NCBI GenBank assembly: GCA_963825135.1
Contig: CAWGRW010000009.1
Location: 1,440,001 to 1,504,000 of the forward strand
Direction: 5' to 3'
Length of the DNA stretch: 64,000 nucleotides
From: an uncultured bacterium
Lineage (GTDB): Bacteria; Desulfobacterota_D; UBA1144; Nemesobacterales; UBA2774
Below the pieces are notes generated by a model. That model was given only the letters and a program-made list of their open reading frames with translations. It searched no databases and was not told the DNA's origin. A program made the translations under genes and the position numbers. This document shows, piece after piece, positions 44,393 to 53,900 of this stretch. How positions within the stretch are numbered: the first letter of the stretch is position 1; every line of letters begins with the position of its first letter.

Positions 44393-45337
44393 TTACTGTT
44401 CCTTTTGTGAATTCTCTTTGCGGGCTTCCTCCACAAAGAGTCCTTCGAGGGACTTCCTCAGCGGATGAATGGAGACAATCTCCGCCGAAGTGCGTGTAAC
44501 GGCGTCGAGGACCCTCCGTTTAATGTCTTCGTCGAACTTGAGCACTATGTACCCTGCCCTGCTGTCCATCTCTACCCTCAGGTCTTTTACGCACTGCCTT
44601 ATCTCATCTCCCGGCCCTTCCAGGTGCATTTCATAGTCGGTGTGAATCTCTTTGAGAAGATCCCCGATCTTGCCTGTTTTTATTACGGCGCCTCCCATTA
44701 TTATCCCTACCCTATCGCAGAGTGCTTCGACGTCCGAAAGCATGTGGGAGCTAAGGAGTATAGTCTTTCCGCTCCGTTTTTCTTCCAGTATCAGGTCTTT
44801 TATCTCTCTCCTGCCTATGGGGTCGAGTCCGCTCATGGGCTCGTCGAGAATGATGAATTCCGGGTCGTTTATGAGGGCCTGTGCGATGCCGATCCTCTGC
44901 ATCATGCCCTTTGAGTATTTCCTCATCTGCACCTTTTTTGCGTGCTCCATCCTTACTTTCAGCAGCAGCTCGTCTACCTTTTCGCGGAGGTGTTTCCGTT
45001 TCAGGCCGTGAAGCTCGCCCATGTAAAAGAGCAGCTCCTCGCCCGTGAGGTAGTCGTAGAAGTAAGGGTTTTCCGGAAGGTAGCCGATCCTGCTCTTGAC
45101 CTCGGAGCTCGAATGCTCTTTGCCCATGAGCTCTATCTTCCCTTCGGTCGGAGTGACGAACCCCAGGATTGATTTGAACGTCGTGGTCTTTCCGGCGCCG
45201 TTAGGCCCGACGAAACCGAACACCTCTCCTTTATGAACGTCGAAGGATACGTCTTTCAGGACGCGTGTCTTCTTCCCCGAAAACCCGGTTTTATAGTCCT
45301 TGACCAGGTTCGTGATTTTGAGAATTGTTTCTGGCAT
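44393..45337 (-). CDS. ABC transporter ATPase (PilH-like)
   Basis: GPNGAGKTT, YLPENPYFYDYLTG, YSKGMMQR, ILDEPMSGLDP, SSH. Confidence 0.93.
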   Translation of the reverse strand: MPETILKITNLVKDYKTGFSGKKTRVLKDVSFDVHKGEVFGFVGPNGAGKTTTFKSILGFVTPTEGKIELMGKEHSSSEVKSRIGYLPENPYFYDYLTGEELLFYMGELHGLKRKHLREKVDELLLKVRMEHAKKVQMRKYSKGMMQRIGIAQALINDPEFIILDEPMSGLDPIGRREIKDLILEEKRSGKTILLSSHMLSDVEALCDRVGIIMGGAVIKTGKIGDLLKEIHTDYEMHLEGPGDEIRQCVKDLRVEMDSRAGYIVLKFDEDIKRRVLDAVTRTSAEIVSIHPLRKSLEGLFVEEARKENSQKEQ

Positions 45338-45423
45338 GTTCGGATATCTAAATATATGTTAATGAATGCCGGGAGGCAATACGGCGATACATCGAAAGGA
45401 GCGTTCGGGCGTATTAATCAATC

Positions 45424-46023
45424 TTATCCGTCACAGGCGGGGTCACCGCTTCCGGATTCGAACGTGCCGTTTGCTCCCGAGGCCTGCGTTGTCACTGTAC
45501 ACTTGATGACCTTGTCGGTGAATGCGGAGAAATCTTTCCTGCCGTTAACCCTCGCACTTGTCATAGAAGCCTCCCATCCGAAGTCTCCTTTGAGGGACTG
45601 AGCATCGGTGCCGGCGTCGTCGCTCCATGACAGACAGTATCCTGCTTTGGGATCGTTACAATCGGCGGAGCTCGAGGGGGTGCCGTCGTTAGTAACCGCG
45701 TCTTCGAATGTAGAATCTAATAGTGCGTCTGCGGGATCGCTTGTTCCGCCCGGGTCTCTGAGTGTTCCCGCGGTGCCGAGAGATCCTATGAGGTTTGTAA
45801 AGTTCCTGTCACCGTTATCGTCCAGGTCCTGTTCGAAATACTCATATTCGGAGTCTTTTAGTGTCTGCAGGGCCTTCCGCGCGTTAGCTTCATTTGAAGA
45901 GATACGGGCTTTTAACAGGTTAGGTATAGCGATTGCGAGCAGGATACCGATGATAGCCGCCACTACGAGAAGCTCGATGAGGGTAAAGCCGTTTTCAATA
46001 TTTCTATTTCTCTTCCTGATCAT
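45424..46023 (-). CDS. Type IV pilin-like protein, copy 2
   Basis: Prepilin site G|FTLIELLVV, hydrophobic helix, NEANARK, four Cys. Confidence 0.92.
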   Translation of the reverse strand: MIRKRNRNIENGFTLIELLVVAAIIGILLAIAIPNLLKARISSNEANARKALQTLKDSEYEYFEQDLDDNGDRNFTNLIGSLGTAGTLRDPGGTSDPADALLDSTFEDAVTNDGTPSSSADCNDPKAGYCLSWSDDAGTDAQSLKGDFGWEASMTSARVNGRKDFSAFTDKVIKCTVTTQASGANGTFESGSGDPACDG

Positions 46024-46049
46024 ATTATCGCCCTTTATAGGTAATTATT

Positions 46050-46065
46050 AGCAATATACATACCA
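46050..46065 (-). promoter_or_regulatory. sigma54 promoter of pilin copy 2
   Basis: Minus strand TGGTATGTATATTGCT, GG-N10-GC. Confidence 0.75.
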
Positions 46066-46190
46066 CAACCGGCGCTAATATATCTGGTTTACATGCTTTC
46101 GTAACAGGCCCTCATTGTTATATAAATGGATACTCGAAATCGTATCGAGGGTAAGAATATTCATATGATACATTTCTTCAGAAAACGACT

Positions 46191-46205
46191 TGACAATATT
46201 TGTCA
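46191..46205. promoter_or_regulatory. Enhancer-like palindrome (candidate PilR-type site)
   Basis: TGACA-ATATT-TGTCA about 130 bp upstream of the sigma54 site. Confidence 0.7.
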
Positions 46206-46389
46206 TAGTGATGCGATTTCTGTTATCCGGGTGGGTCGAAGAAGAAATTGAAAGATAACATTCTTCCGAAAAACACAGCGGTGAGCTATTGTCAAGTTGT
46301 CAATTTTATCATGAATACCAAGGGAATAATGGATCAATCGAATAGAACTATGGTCGTCGATTGGAGTAACGGTATACTGTTTCGGGAAT

Positions 46390-46425
46390 AAAAAAACGGC
46401 GGGTTTATTATAAACCCGCCGTTTT
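46390..46425 (-). terminator. Intrinsic terminator after pilin copy 1 (bidirectional form)
   Basis: AAAACGGCGGGTTTA-TTA-TAAACCCGCCGTTTT with T-runs on both strands. Confidence 0.9.
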
Positions 46426-46459
46426 GAGTTTTTCTTTCTGTTGATTATCTATCAGAGTG

Positions 46460-47065
46460 TTAATCGCAGCCGGGTGCAGTACGATGGGCCTCGAATGTCC
46501 CGACAGCTCCGGTAGCTTGTGTACTTAATGTGCATCTTATAACGCCGTCTCCGTATACGGAGAAGTCCCTTCTGCCGGTCTTGTTAAAGCTCGACATACT
46601 GTTCTGCCAGCCGAAGTCGTCAAAACCGCCTGAAGCATTTGCGGTGAATGCCGCGCCGGTCGAATCATTAAAATCACTTTGTATGCAATAACCCGCCTTC
46701 GGGTCAGCACAGAGTGCGCCTCCTGTACTTAATGCGCCCTCGAAGCTGTCGTCAACAAGAGCGTCCTCTTCTACACTTGTACCCCCGGGATCACGCAAAG
46801 ACTGAGCAGTTCCTAGTGCACCAATTTGATCGGTAAAATCTCTTCCACCCTGATCGTCCAGGTCCTGCTCGAAATACTCGCCTTCGGCATCCCTGAGCGT
46901 CTGCATGGACTTTCTGGCGCTGGCTTCGTTCGCCGACATTCTCGCCTTTATAAGGTTGGGTATCGCGATCGCGAGCAGTATGCCGATGATTGCCGCTACC
47001 ACTAGAAGTTCGATAAGCGTGAAACCCTTCTCTCCCTTTTTAACTCTGTTTAACTTGCTTAACAT
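46460..47065 (-). CDS. Type IV pilin, copy 1 (likely major pilin)
   Basis: KG|FTLIELLVV, NEASARK, four Cys; GGAGGT RBS, own promoter and terminator. Confidence 0.93.
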   Translation of the reverse strand: MLSKLNRVKKGEKGFTLIELLVVAAIIGILLAIAIPNLIKARMSANEASARKSMQTLRDAEGEYFEQDLDDQGGRDFTDQIGALGTAQSLRDPGGTSVEEDALVDDSFEGALSTGGALCADPKAGYCIQSDFNDSTGAAFTANASGGFDDFGWQNSMSSFNKTGRRDFSVYGDGVIRCTLSTQATGAVGTFEAHRTAPGCD

Positions 47066-47107
47066 ATCAATAACCTCCGTTTCGGAAATAGTCTTGTAAA
47101 CTAAGGA

Positions 47108-47123
47108 TGCAAAGGCCGTGCCA
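47108..47123 (-). promoter_or_regulatory. sigma54 promoter of pilin copy 1
   Basis: Minus strand TGGCACGGCCTTTGCA, full TGGCACG-N4-TTGCA consensus. Confidence 0.9.
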
Positions 47124-47245
47124 CGTGCCGTTATTACGGCGTATTACACACATAAACCGCTGAAATACAATCGGAATTAGCTTTTATCACGAATATGCCG
47201 GATGGCATCCGGAACCATGGTCGCACTCACAAATTTTATTAATTG

Positions 47246-47290
47246 TGACATTTTTGCGTCCTTGACGTGACAATGTGACAAAATTTGTCA
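47246..47290. promoter_or_regulatory. Enhancer-like sites (candidate PilR-type)
   Basis: TGACA-AAATT-TGTCA at 47276-47290 plus extra TGACA half-sites at 47246 and 47268. Confidence 0.72.
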
Positions 47291-47397
47291 GGATGTCTGT
47301 TTTGGATACTATCGGCATGGATATGATTGGGGAATGTTTATCAATCTGAGGAAGTATGCTATTTTATACTACCTATTTTAAAGGAGGCGGTTTTATC

Positions 47398-47928
47398 ATG
47401 CATAGAGATAAGCATTTCGTTTTCCCGTTACTAATTTCGATTGCCTTTTTCGCCCTGATTGTTACCGGATGCACGACTATCAAAACTACTTCCTACTTTG
47501 CCCCGACAAAGACCAAGCTGCGCGACTTTCAGGCCATTCAGTTCGAGACGTTCGAGACTCAGATCGAGGATTTCCCTAAAGATGCTCTCACGAAGATCCC
47601 GGATAAAGCCGCCGCTCTCCTTGAATCCGAGAATAAGTTCAAAGAGGTTAAATACGGCAAGATTGAAAATATCCCCGCCGAGGATACTATAGTGTTGTTA
47701 GGCGAGATAAGCGAGTACAGACCGAGCTCGGATGTCTCGTTCGAAGGCGGCGCGCTTAAATTCGGCGAAGTCTCTATTTCCATCAAGCTCGCTCTGGTCA
47801 ACAAAGCTACGGGAGATGAAATCGCGACCGGAGAAGTGAACGGATTCAGCTCGACTGGATTTATGGCGAAGGACATTTTCCAAAGCCTCGCGGAGGAAAT
47901 AGTAAAGTATATAAACGAAACCTATTGA
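47398..47928 (+). CDS. Lipoprotein of unknown function (DUF4410-like)
   Basis: AAGGAGG RBS, lipobox VTG|C, LLGEISEY..G..SIKLALVNKATGDEI. Confidence 0.78.
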   Translation: MHRDKHFVFPLLISIAFFALIVTGCTTIKTTSYFAPTKTKLRDFQAIQFETFETQIEDFPKDALTKIPDKAAALLESENKFKEVKYGKIENIPAEDTIVLLGEISEYRPSSDVSFEGGALKFGEVSISIKLALVNKATGDEIATGEVNGFSSTGFMAKDIFQSLAEEIVKYINETY

Positions 47929-47970
47929 GCGGTCGGTACGACGCTTTGAAAATTAAATTTGGAGGATGAT

Positions 47971-48984
47971 ATGAGAGAGCTTGTTCTTTGTCTTTTACTT
48001 CTGCCTGTGACTATGGGCGCATTCCAGTCGGGAGAGCTTGCTGTGTACGCGCAGGGCGCGGGAGGCGCAGCGGATTTATATAAACAGGGGCGGGAGGCGT
48101 TTATGAAGTTCACGCCTGAAGGGTTCGATCAGGCGATTTTACTCTTCAACCAGGCGATCAAGGCGGACCCCAAGTACGCGCAGGCCTACGCCGGTCTCGC
48201 AGAGGTTTATTCATTCATGGGTTATTACAGGTATCAGGTCAGGGAGGAGTACGAGAAATACTACAACGATTCCTATGCAAACATGGTCAAGGCTCTTCAG
48301 TTCGGTCCGAACCTCGAAGAGACGCAGGTTGCGCTTGCCTACAGCTATATACAGCTGAGCAGGGAAAAAGACGCGAAGATAACCGCGCAGAATATATTGG
48401 CCAAAAACCCGAACAACGCCGAGGCCCTTTACGTTCTATGGTTCGCCAGCGGCGAGAACCCGGACTCGCCTGACATAAGAAAGGTAATCGAGCTCAACCC
48501 GAAATTCGTACCGGCTTACGTGGGTCTGGGGAACTCATTATTCTTCAAGAAGAGAGCCTACGGGCAGGCGACCGAGAACTTCAGGAAAGCCGCAGAATTA
48601 GCCCCCTCGGCCCAGATCCATAATTTATTCGGCACCGCCCTCAGGACGCAGGGTCACTACAATGAGGCGATCGAGCAGTACGAGATGGCTATAAAACAGA
48701 ATCCGAACTATGCGCCCGCTTATATGAATCTCGGCATCACCTACTATTACCTCAACAAGTTCAACCAGGACATCGACAACCAGAAAAAAGCGATATCGCT
48801 CAACCCGAAATATCCCGATGCGTACTTTTTTATCGCGGAGGGTTATGAAAAGGCAAACAATCCGCAGCAGGCCGTCATCTACTACAAGAAATTCCTCGAC
48901 GTGTCTCTCGAGCAGGAAATGTACGCGGGTTACGCGGCACAGGCGAAGCAGAGGCTTTCGGCTCTCGGCGGAGGCGGCAAGTAA
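47971..48984 (+). CDS. Exported tetratricopeptide-repeat protein
   Basis: Multiple TPRs (AIKADPKYAQAYAGLA, NPNYAPAYMNLG, NPKYPDAYF); GGAGG RBS. Confidence 0.92.
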   Translation: MRELVLCLLLLPVTMGAFQSGELAVYAQGAGGAADLYKQGREAFMKFTPEGFDQAILLFNQAIKADPKYAQAYAGLAEVYSFMGYYRYQVREEYEKYYNDSYANMVKALQFGPNLEETQVALAYSYIQLSREKDAKITAQNILAKNPNNAEALYVLWFASGENPDSPDIRKVIELNPKFVPAYVGLGNSLFFKKRAYGQATENFRKAAELAPSAQIHNLFGTALRTQGHYNEAIEQYEMAIKQNPNYAPAYMNLGITYYYLNKFNQDIDNQKKAISLNPKYPDAYFFIAEGYEKANNPQQAVIYYKKFLDVSLEQEMYAGYAAQAKQRLSALGGGGK

Positions 48985-49102
48985 GCCGGGTCATCGGGCC
49001 GGATCGGAATATTACGGACGCTCGTGATATTAAGCCGTTTCCGTTGTGCTGCGCGGCGAGCTCCGGCTAAAATAAAAACAATCGGTGTGCGGGTTTCACG
49101 AA

Positions 49103-49459
49103 ATGCCCAAGGAAATTCACGAGCCTGAGTTAATAGCATTGACCTTCGGAATGGAATCGAGCGCGAGTCTGTGGAACGTTATATTCGAAGGGTTCGATCA
49201 GGAAGTCGTGCTGGTCTCGAAATTCTCCGGAAGCGACGACCGTGTCGTGAACACCCTCTATGAATTCGGCGATATAATCGGAAGGAACTACAAGGATTGC
49301 AAAGTGAGGGCGACTCGTACGGGGATTGAGATAAAAAAGCCGCTGCCGGGATATGACGTTTCTCTCGTTAACGATTGGACCGGGCTCATGGAGAACATAC
49401 GGGAGGAAATGACCAAATTCATACCGGACGGCATGTTAAGACCCGGCGCAATTAAATAA
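49103..49459 (+). CDS. Hypothetical protein
   Basis: About 118-aa ORF with protein-like composition filling the gap; no motif recognised. Confidence 0.6.
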   Translation: MPKEIHEPELIALTFGMESSASLWNVIFEGFDQEVVLVSKFSGSDDRVVNTLYEFGDIIGRNYKDCKVRATRTGIEIKKPLPGYDVSLVNDWTGLMENIREEMTKFIPDGMLRPGAIK

Positions 49460-50252
49460 TCGAAACGTCTCCGGTCGTTATTTTGATTACGTTTTCGTCG
49501 TCTTGTTTGAGCAGCAGGTGTCCCTCCCCGTCTATCCCAGTTGCGATACCCTCTATCGTATCCCCGCCTTCCGTGCTGACCCTGACCCGTTTATTGTATC
49601 CGCCCCACCTCTCGGTCCACTCCTTGATTATGGAAGACTTCCCCCGCCTGTTGAACGTTTGATACCACGATTCGAGCTCGACTAACAGGTCTCCGGTAAA
49701 TTTGGCCCGGTCGACGTCCTCGCCCAGGCTCTCTTTGAGAGACGTCGCAAATTTCGCCGTCTCTCCCATCTCCTGTTTAATTTGCCCCCTGGTCATGTTT
49801 ATATTCACCCCGATCCCGACTACGATGTAATCGACCCTTTCTCCCTTTGGCTCCATCTCGGTCAGCACGCCCGCCGCCTTCTTCCCGTCTATCTGTACAT
49901 CGTTGGGCCATTTGATGACCGTGTTTCTGATACCCGTCTTTTTAATGGTCTCCGCGAGCGCTATGGAAGCGAGGAATGTGAAAATCGGCGATTCCCAGGC
50001 CGGGATGGCGGGCCGGAACAGGACTGATATATAGAGGTTCATGCCGGGCGGGGAGATCCACTTCCGTCCGAGCCTTCCCTTTCCGCCCGTCTGCTTGTCC
50101 GCGATGACGGCCGTCCCCTCGGACGCGCCGTTCTCGGCAAGCCTGCTCAGCACGGTATTTGTGGATACGGTCTCGTCGAAGTAGTGTATGACTTTCCCTA
50201 TCGTCTCGGTTTTGAGGAGGCCGTTTAATTTGCGTATCATCGGCGAGGTCAT
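49452..50252 (-). CDS. birA: Biotin--protein ligase (no N-terminal HTH)
   Basis: STN, QTGGKGRLGRKW.SP, IKWPND, KAAGVLTE, VGIGVN. Confidence 0.95.
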   Translation of the reverse strand: MTSPMIRKLNGLLKTETIGKVIHYFDETVSTNTVLSRLAENGASEGTAVIADKQTGGKGRLGRKWISPPGMNLYISVLFRPAIPAWESPIFTFLASIALAETIKKTGIRNTVIKWPNDVQIDGKKAAGVLTEMEPKGERVDYIVVGIGVNINMTRGQIKQEMGETAKFATSLKESLGEDVDRAKFTGDLLVELESWYQTFNRRGKSSIIKEWTERWGGYNKRVRVSTEGGDTIEGIATGIDGEGHLLLKQDDENVIKITTGDVSII

Positions 50253-50428
50253 GCCTGGTTGTCCTCCATATCCTGCCCGGAACCTATTCTAACCGTTTTA
50301 TCGCCTTTGTAGAATCCTCCTAGGCAAGGTCGTGCTGACCGGATTCCGGCGGCCACGGCGCTGAATGGTGGAAAATCATCGGATTACGCTTATAATATTT
50401 ATATCTTACGATCGTCGGGGTTATTACG

Positions 50429-50842
50429 ATTACGAATATACTGAAGATATGCGTCTTCGTTGCGGCGCTGTCCGCGCTTTCATTCCCATTTGATTCTCCC
50501 GGCCGGGCGGAGCAGACGCCCGCCCCGAAAGAGAGCCCGGTACTCGAGGTTCAAATAAAGGACGTAGTCTCTAATCCGGGGGAATTCAACGGTAAAAAGG
50601 TTTCCCTGGAAGGCAAGGTCGCGAAGGTGGACTACAGGAAATCGAGCAAAGGGGAGCCCTTCACCGTATTCAGATTGAAGGATTCCGAGAACAACGAGGT
50701 TGGAGTTTATTTCGAGGATGAGCGCCTGCCGATCTCAAAGGGCGATAGAGTAAAGATCGTGGGCAGGTTCTGGAAGGAGAAGAGTTATTTCCTCTATAAG
50801 ATAAAGAACGTGATTAAAGCCAGGACCGTCGATATAATCTAG
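50429..50842 (+). CDS. Exported OB-fold protein, probable non-canonical ATT start
   Basis: Frame of ORF 50627..50842 is open back to 50396 and encodes a signal peptide plus DVVSNPGEFNGKKVSLEGKV; no ATG/GTG/TTG before 50627. Confidence 0.72.
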   Translation: MTNILKICVFVAALSALSFPFDSPGRAEQTPAPKESPVLEVQIKDVVSNPGEFNGKKVSLEGKVAKVDYRKSSKGEPFTVFRLKDSENNEVGVYFEDERLPISKGDRVKIVGRFWKEKSYFLYKIKNVIKARTVDII

Positions 50843-50949
50843 ATTCAGCCGTAAATGAGAATCCCGCTTCATGCGGGTTGTTCTACAATGACACCTGTCC
50901 GGTCAAATTCCGCTTTTAAATAGATGATTCGTCATATAATATCTTTTGC

Positions 50950-53900
50950 ATGACCCTCCTCAGGAACGGGTTAGCTAGAGTTCTTTTAATAATATCTCTC
51001 GTTGTTTGCACTGTCCTCATTTTTCTCAACATATTCCTGGGCGGAAAAATAAGCCGGCTGGCGCCGGAATACCTCGACCGATTCTCAAGGCAGAGCGGTT
51101 TTACTCTCCGGGTTAATAAGGCGGGCCTCGATCCCCTTTTCAGGATCAGACTCGACGGGTTAAACGCCGCCGATCCGGCCGCCCCCGATAAACCGCTGGC
51201 CGAGATCGAAACCCTGACTATCGATCCGCGCATATTTTCCTCCCTCCTTTCCCGGAGCGTGAAAATCGGGGAAATAATAATAGACCGTCCCGTAGTAAGG
51301 TATGACGGCAAGAGCGCCGGCAGGATCATCGCCATGATAAGAGAGGGGGAGGGCGGCGGTAAAGGGTCACAGGTGGAGATCGGGAGAATAAGATTGAATG
51401 ACGCCCGCGTCGAAGTCGGCCCCGGCTCCGCCTTTACTTCCGGGGCAATGGATATTCGAATCGCCGGGGAAAGGTCACGGAACGGATCGAGTATCGGGAT
51501 CGTCGGCGACGTTACAGTCTTCGGAAAGGGGATGAGCGTCGAGGGCTCCTTAGATTTAAAGCCAGGCGAAACGAGCGGGAAATTCAATATCGAGACGGAT
51601 AAATTTCAGATCGGCTCACTTCCGGGACCCTCTGAGGGGGCGGGGAATTTGAAAGGGGTACTCGAGCTCTCGTTCAGTGCGGCTGAAAACGTCCGGTCGC
51701 GGGGTGAATTGACTGTTCGCTCGGACGATGAGGGGAGCGGGACCGGGCGCGCCGCGCTCGGGACGCTCAAGTACGGGCTTACGTATGACAAGGCGGAGGC
51801 CGCGGCTCATGTGAGCGCTTTGAATTTCGACATGATGAACGTCTTGCATGGAAGTCTGAGCGGTGATGTAAAGAGTGTTACGGAAAACCCCGAATTCGAT
51901 TTACACGGCTCCGCCCAGTCGAGCGATCTGAAGCTGCTGTCGAAGCTGGTTCCCGAGATAAAGGCTGATACAATCACCGGAAATTTACGGTCGGACAATT
52001 TAAGGGTGAGCGGTTCTATCGGGAAAAACAGCGTCGAGCTTACGGGAGGAGTTGCGCTCGACGGTATCGGCTTCGCCTACTCGGACGATAGTCTCAGTAT
52101 TGCGGGATTAAACTGCGCTCTCGACGTTAAACAGGATATCGGCGGTGGATACGGTCTATCGTTCATATCACGGGGGCCGTGCTCCGTAGAAAAATTATCT
52201 CAGAAGGATCTGGGCGAGGTAAACGGCATTTCGGCGGGAGTAGAGATTAAAGGGAGCGACCTCTGGAAGAGTAAGGAGCTCTTGTTCTCGGATCTGAACG
52301 GCATCTATATGGACGGAGTTGTATCCGGCTCGTTCGGCCTGTCCGTAATTAACGGACGAAGCAAAATCGATGGGAGCCTCACGGGAGCGAACCTGAATCT
52401 GAAGAAGGTGCCCAAATCTTTAGTTCCTTTCGACCTGGAGGGCAGCGCCCGGTCCCTGTCCGCCGATATAGAAGGGAATCAGGGAGCCTACGAGGCGGGG
52501 GTCAGCTTCGCCGTAAGTGATTTGATAGTCAGGTCTAATACAGGAAGGGAGTTTAAGGTGTCGAAAGCCGGGTCTTCGGGTCCGCTCGATCTCGAGTACG
52601 TGGAGAAGGCGGCCGACGAGGGTAAAGAGGCCGAAAGGAAAATCAAAATAAACGGCAAAGGGCTCTCGTACGAGAGCCTCTCGTTCGGCGAATATTTTAT
52701 CGAAGGGGGCAAGGTCGACGACCTCTCTTTCTCTCTCGATCCCGGCGGCGGCTGGGCCCTCAGTATGGCGTCACAGGGGAAGGGTTTTCAGGTGTCCGGC
52801 AGGGAAATAGGCCTCGAGCAGTTTAAAGAACATATAGAGATAGAAGACAGCGGAAGGAGAGGGTTCAGCGGCACGATCACCGGCACCGGAGGCAGATTCA
52901 AGAGTGTGACGTTTCCGGAGCTGTCGGCCGAATACGTTTTCGGGGGGGACTTTCTCGATATACGGAAGCTGAGCACTAAAGTGAGCACGATAGGGGAGCT
53001 CAGGACAGATGATTTGAGAGTCGAGTTCGGCGCCGGGAAGGGGGGCTACCCCTATACTATTAAACTCAATGACGGGGTATTCTCCGGATATGAGGATAAA
53101 TTGAGGTCCGAAGGCATATCCGGAACCTTTGTCGTCAACGATCCGGAAACGAGTAAAACCGAATGGGAGGGAGCCGCGTCGGCGTTGAAAACCGATATAT
53201 TCTCACAGGTCGTCGAGGGTCTTCATTTGACGGCTTCGCCTTCCCCCGACGGTATTCTTTTAAAAGACATCACCGGCAAGCTCCTGAACGGGGAGGTTAA
53301 AGGGAGGGCCGATATCGTTACCTCCGGTACCCCCGCCCGCATAATAACCGACATCGGTCTGAAAAATGCGTCCGTAAAGTCGGGCGATCTCGATATTGCG
53401 CTCGGTAGCGCGGATTTTGCTTTCTCGGGAACCGTTCCCGACGATTCCCTCCCGGAGGGTACGGGCAAACTGGAGTTCGATCGGCTGAATTTAAAGAAGC
53501 CGGTAATGGACCTTGTTGACAGCGGTTCGGTAAACATTCGGACTTCGGGTGAAACATTATTCATCGAAGACGGGTTTATAAGAGATAAGGACAAGAGCGA
53601 GTTGAGATTCCTGGGAGAAATGGGAAATTCCCTTAGCGCGGACAGGAGGCTTGAGGTCGTTTTCCCCGACTTCGCCCTTGCAAGCGCAGTTAAATTCCTG
53701 TCGCCCCTGATGCCGGTGACGATCAAGGAGGGACAGGTCTCGGGTACCGCGAGTTTTAATGTCGTGTTCAACAGGGTATTCGATGCGGGGAGCTCCTGGA
53801 GCGGCGGCCTCTCGTTCAAAGGCGCATCGTTTGCCGCTTATATAGGGGGAGCCGATCTTTCCTTGAGGGGAATAAACGGGTCCATAACAGTAAAAGACGA

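Noticed and set aside
45424..47065. Conductive e-pili, or a silent-cassette antigenic variation system
   Set aside because: Pilins are full length rather than truncated; both have complete promoters and N-termini, and no recombinase or inversion repeats were seen
46024..47397. AT-rich stretch as a horizontally acquired island
   Set aside because: Explained by promoter/enhancer regions; no integrase, tRNA or flanking repeats
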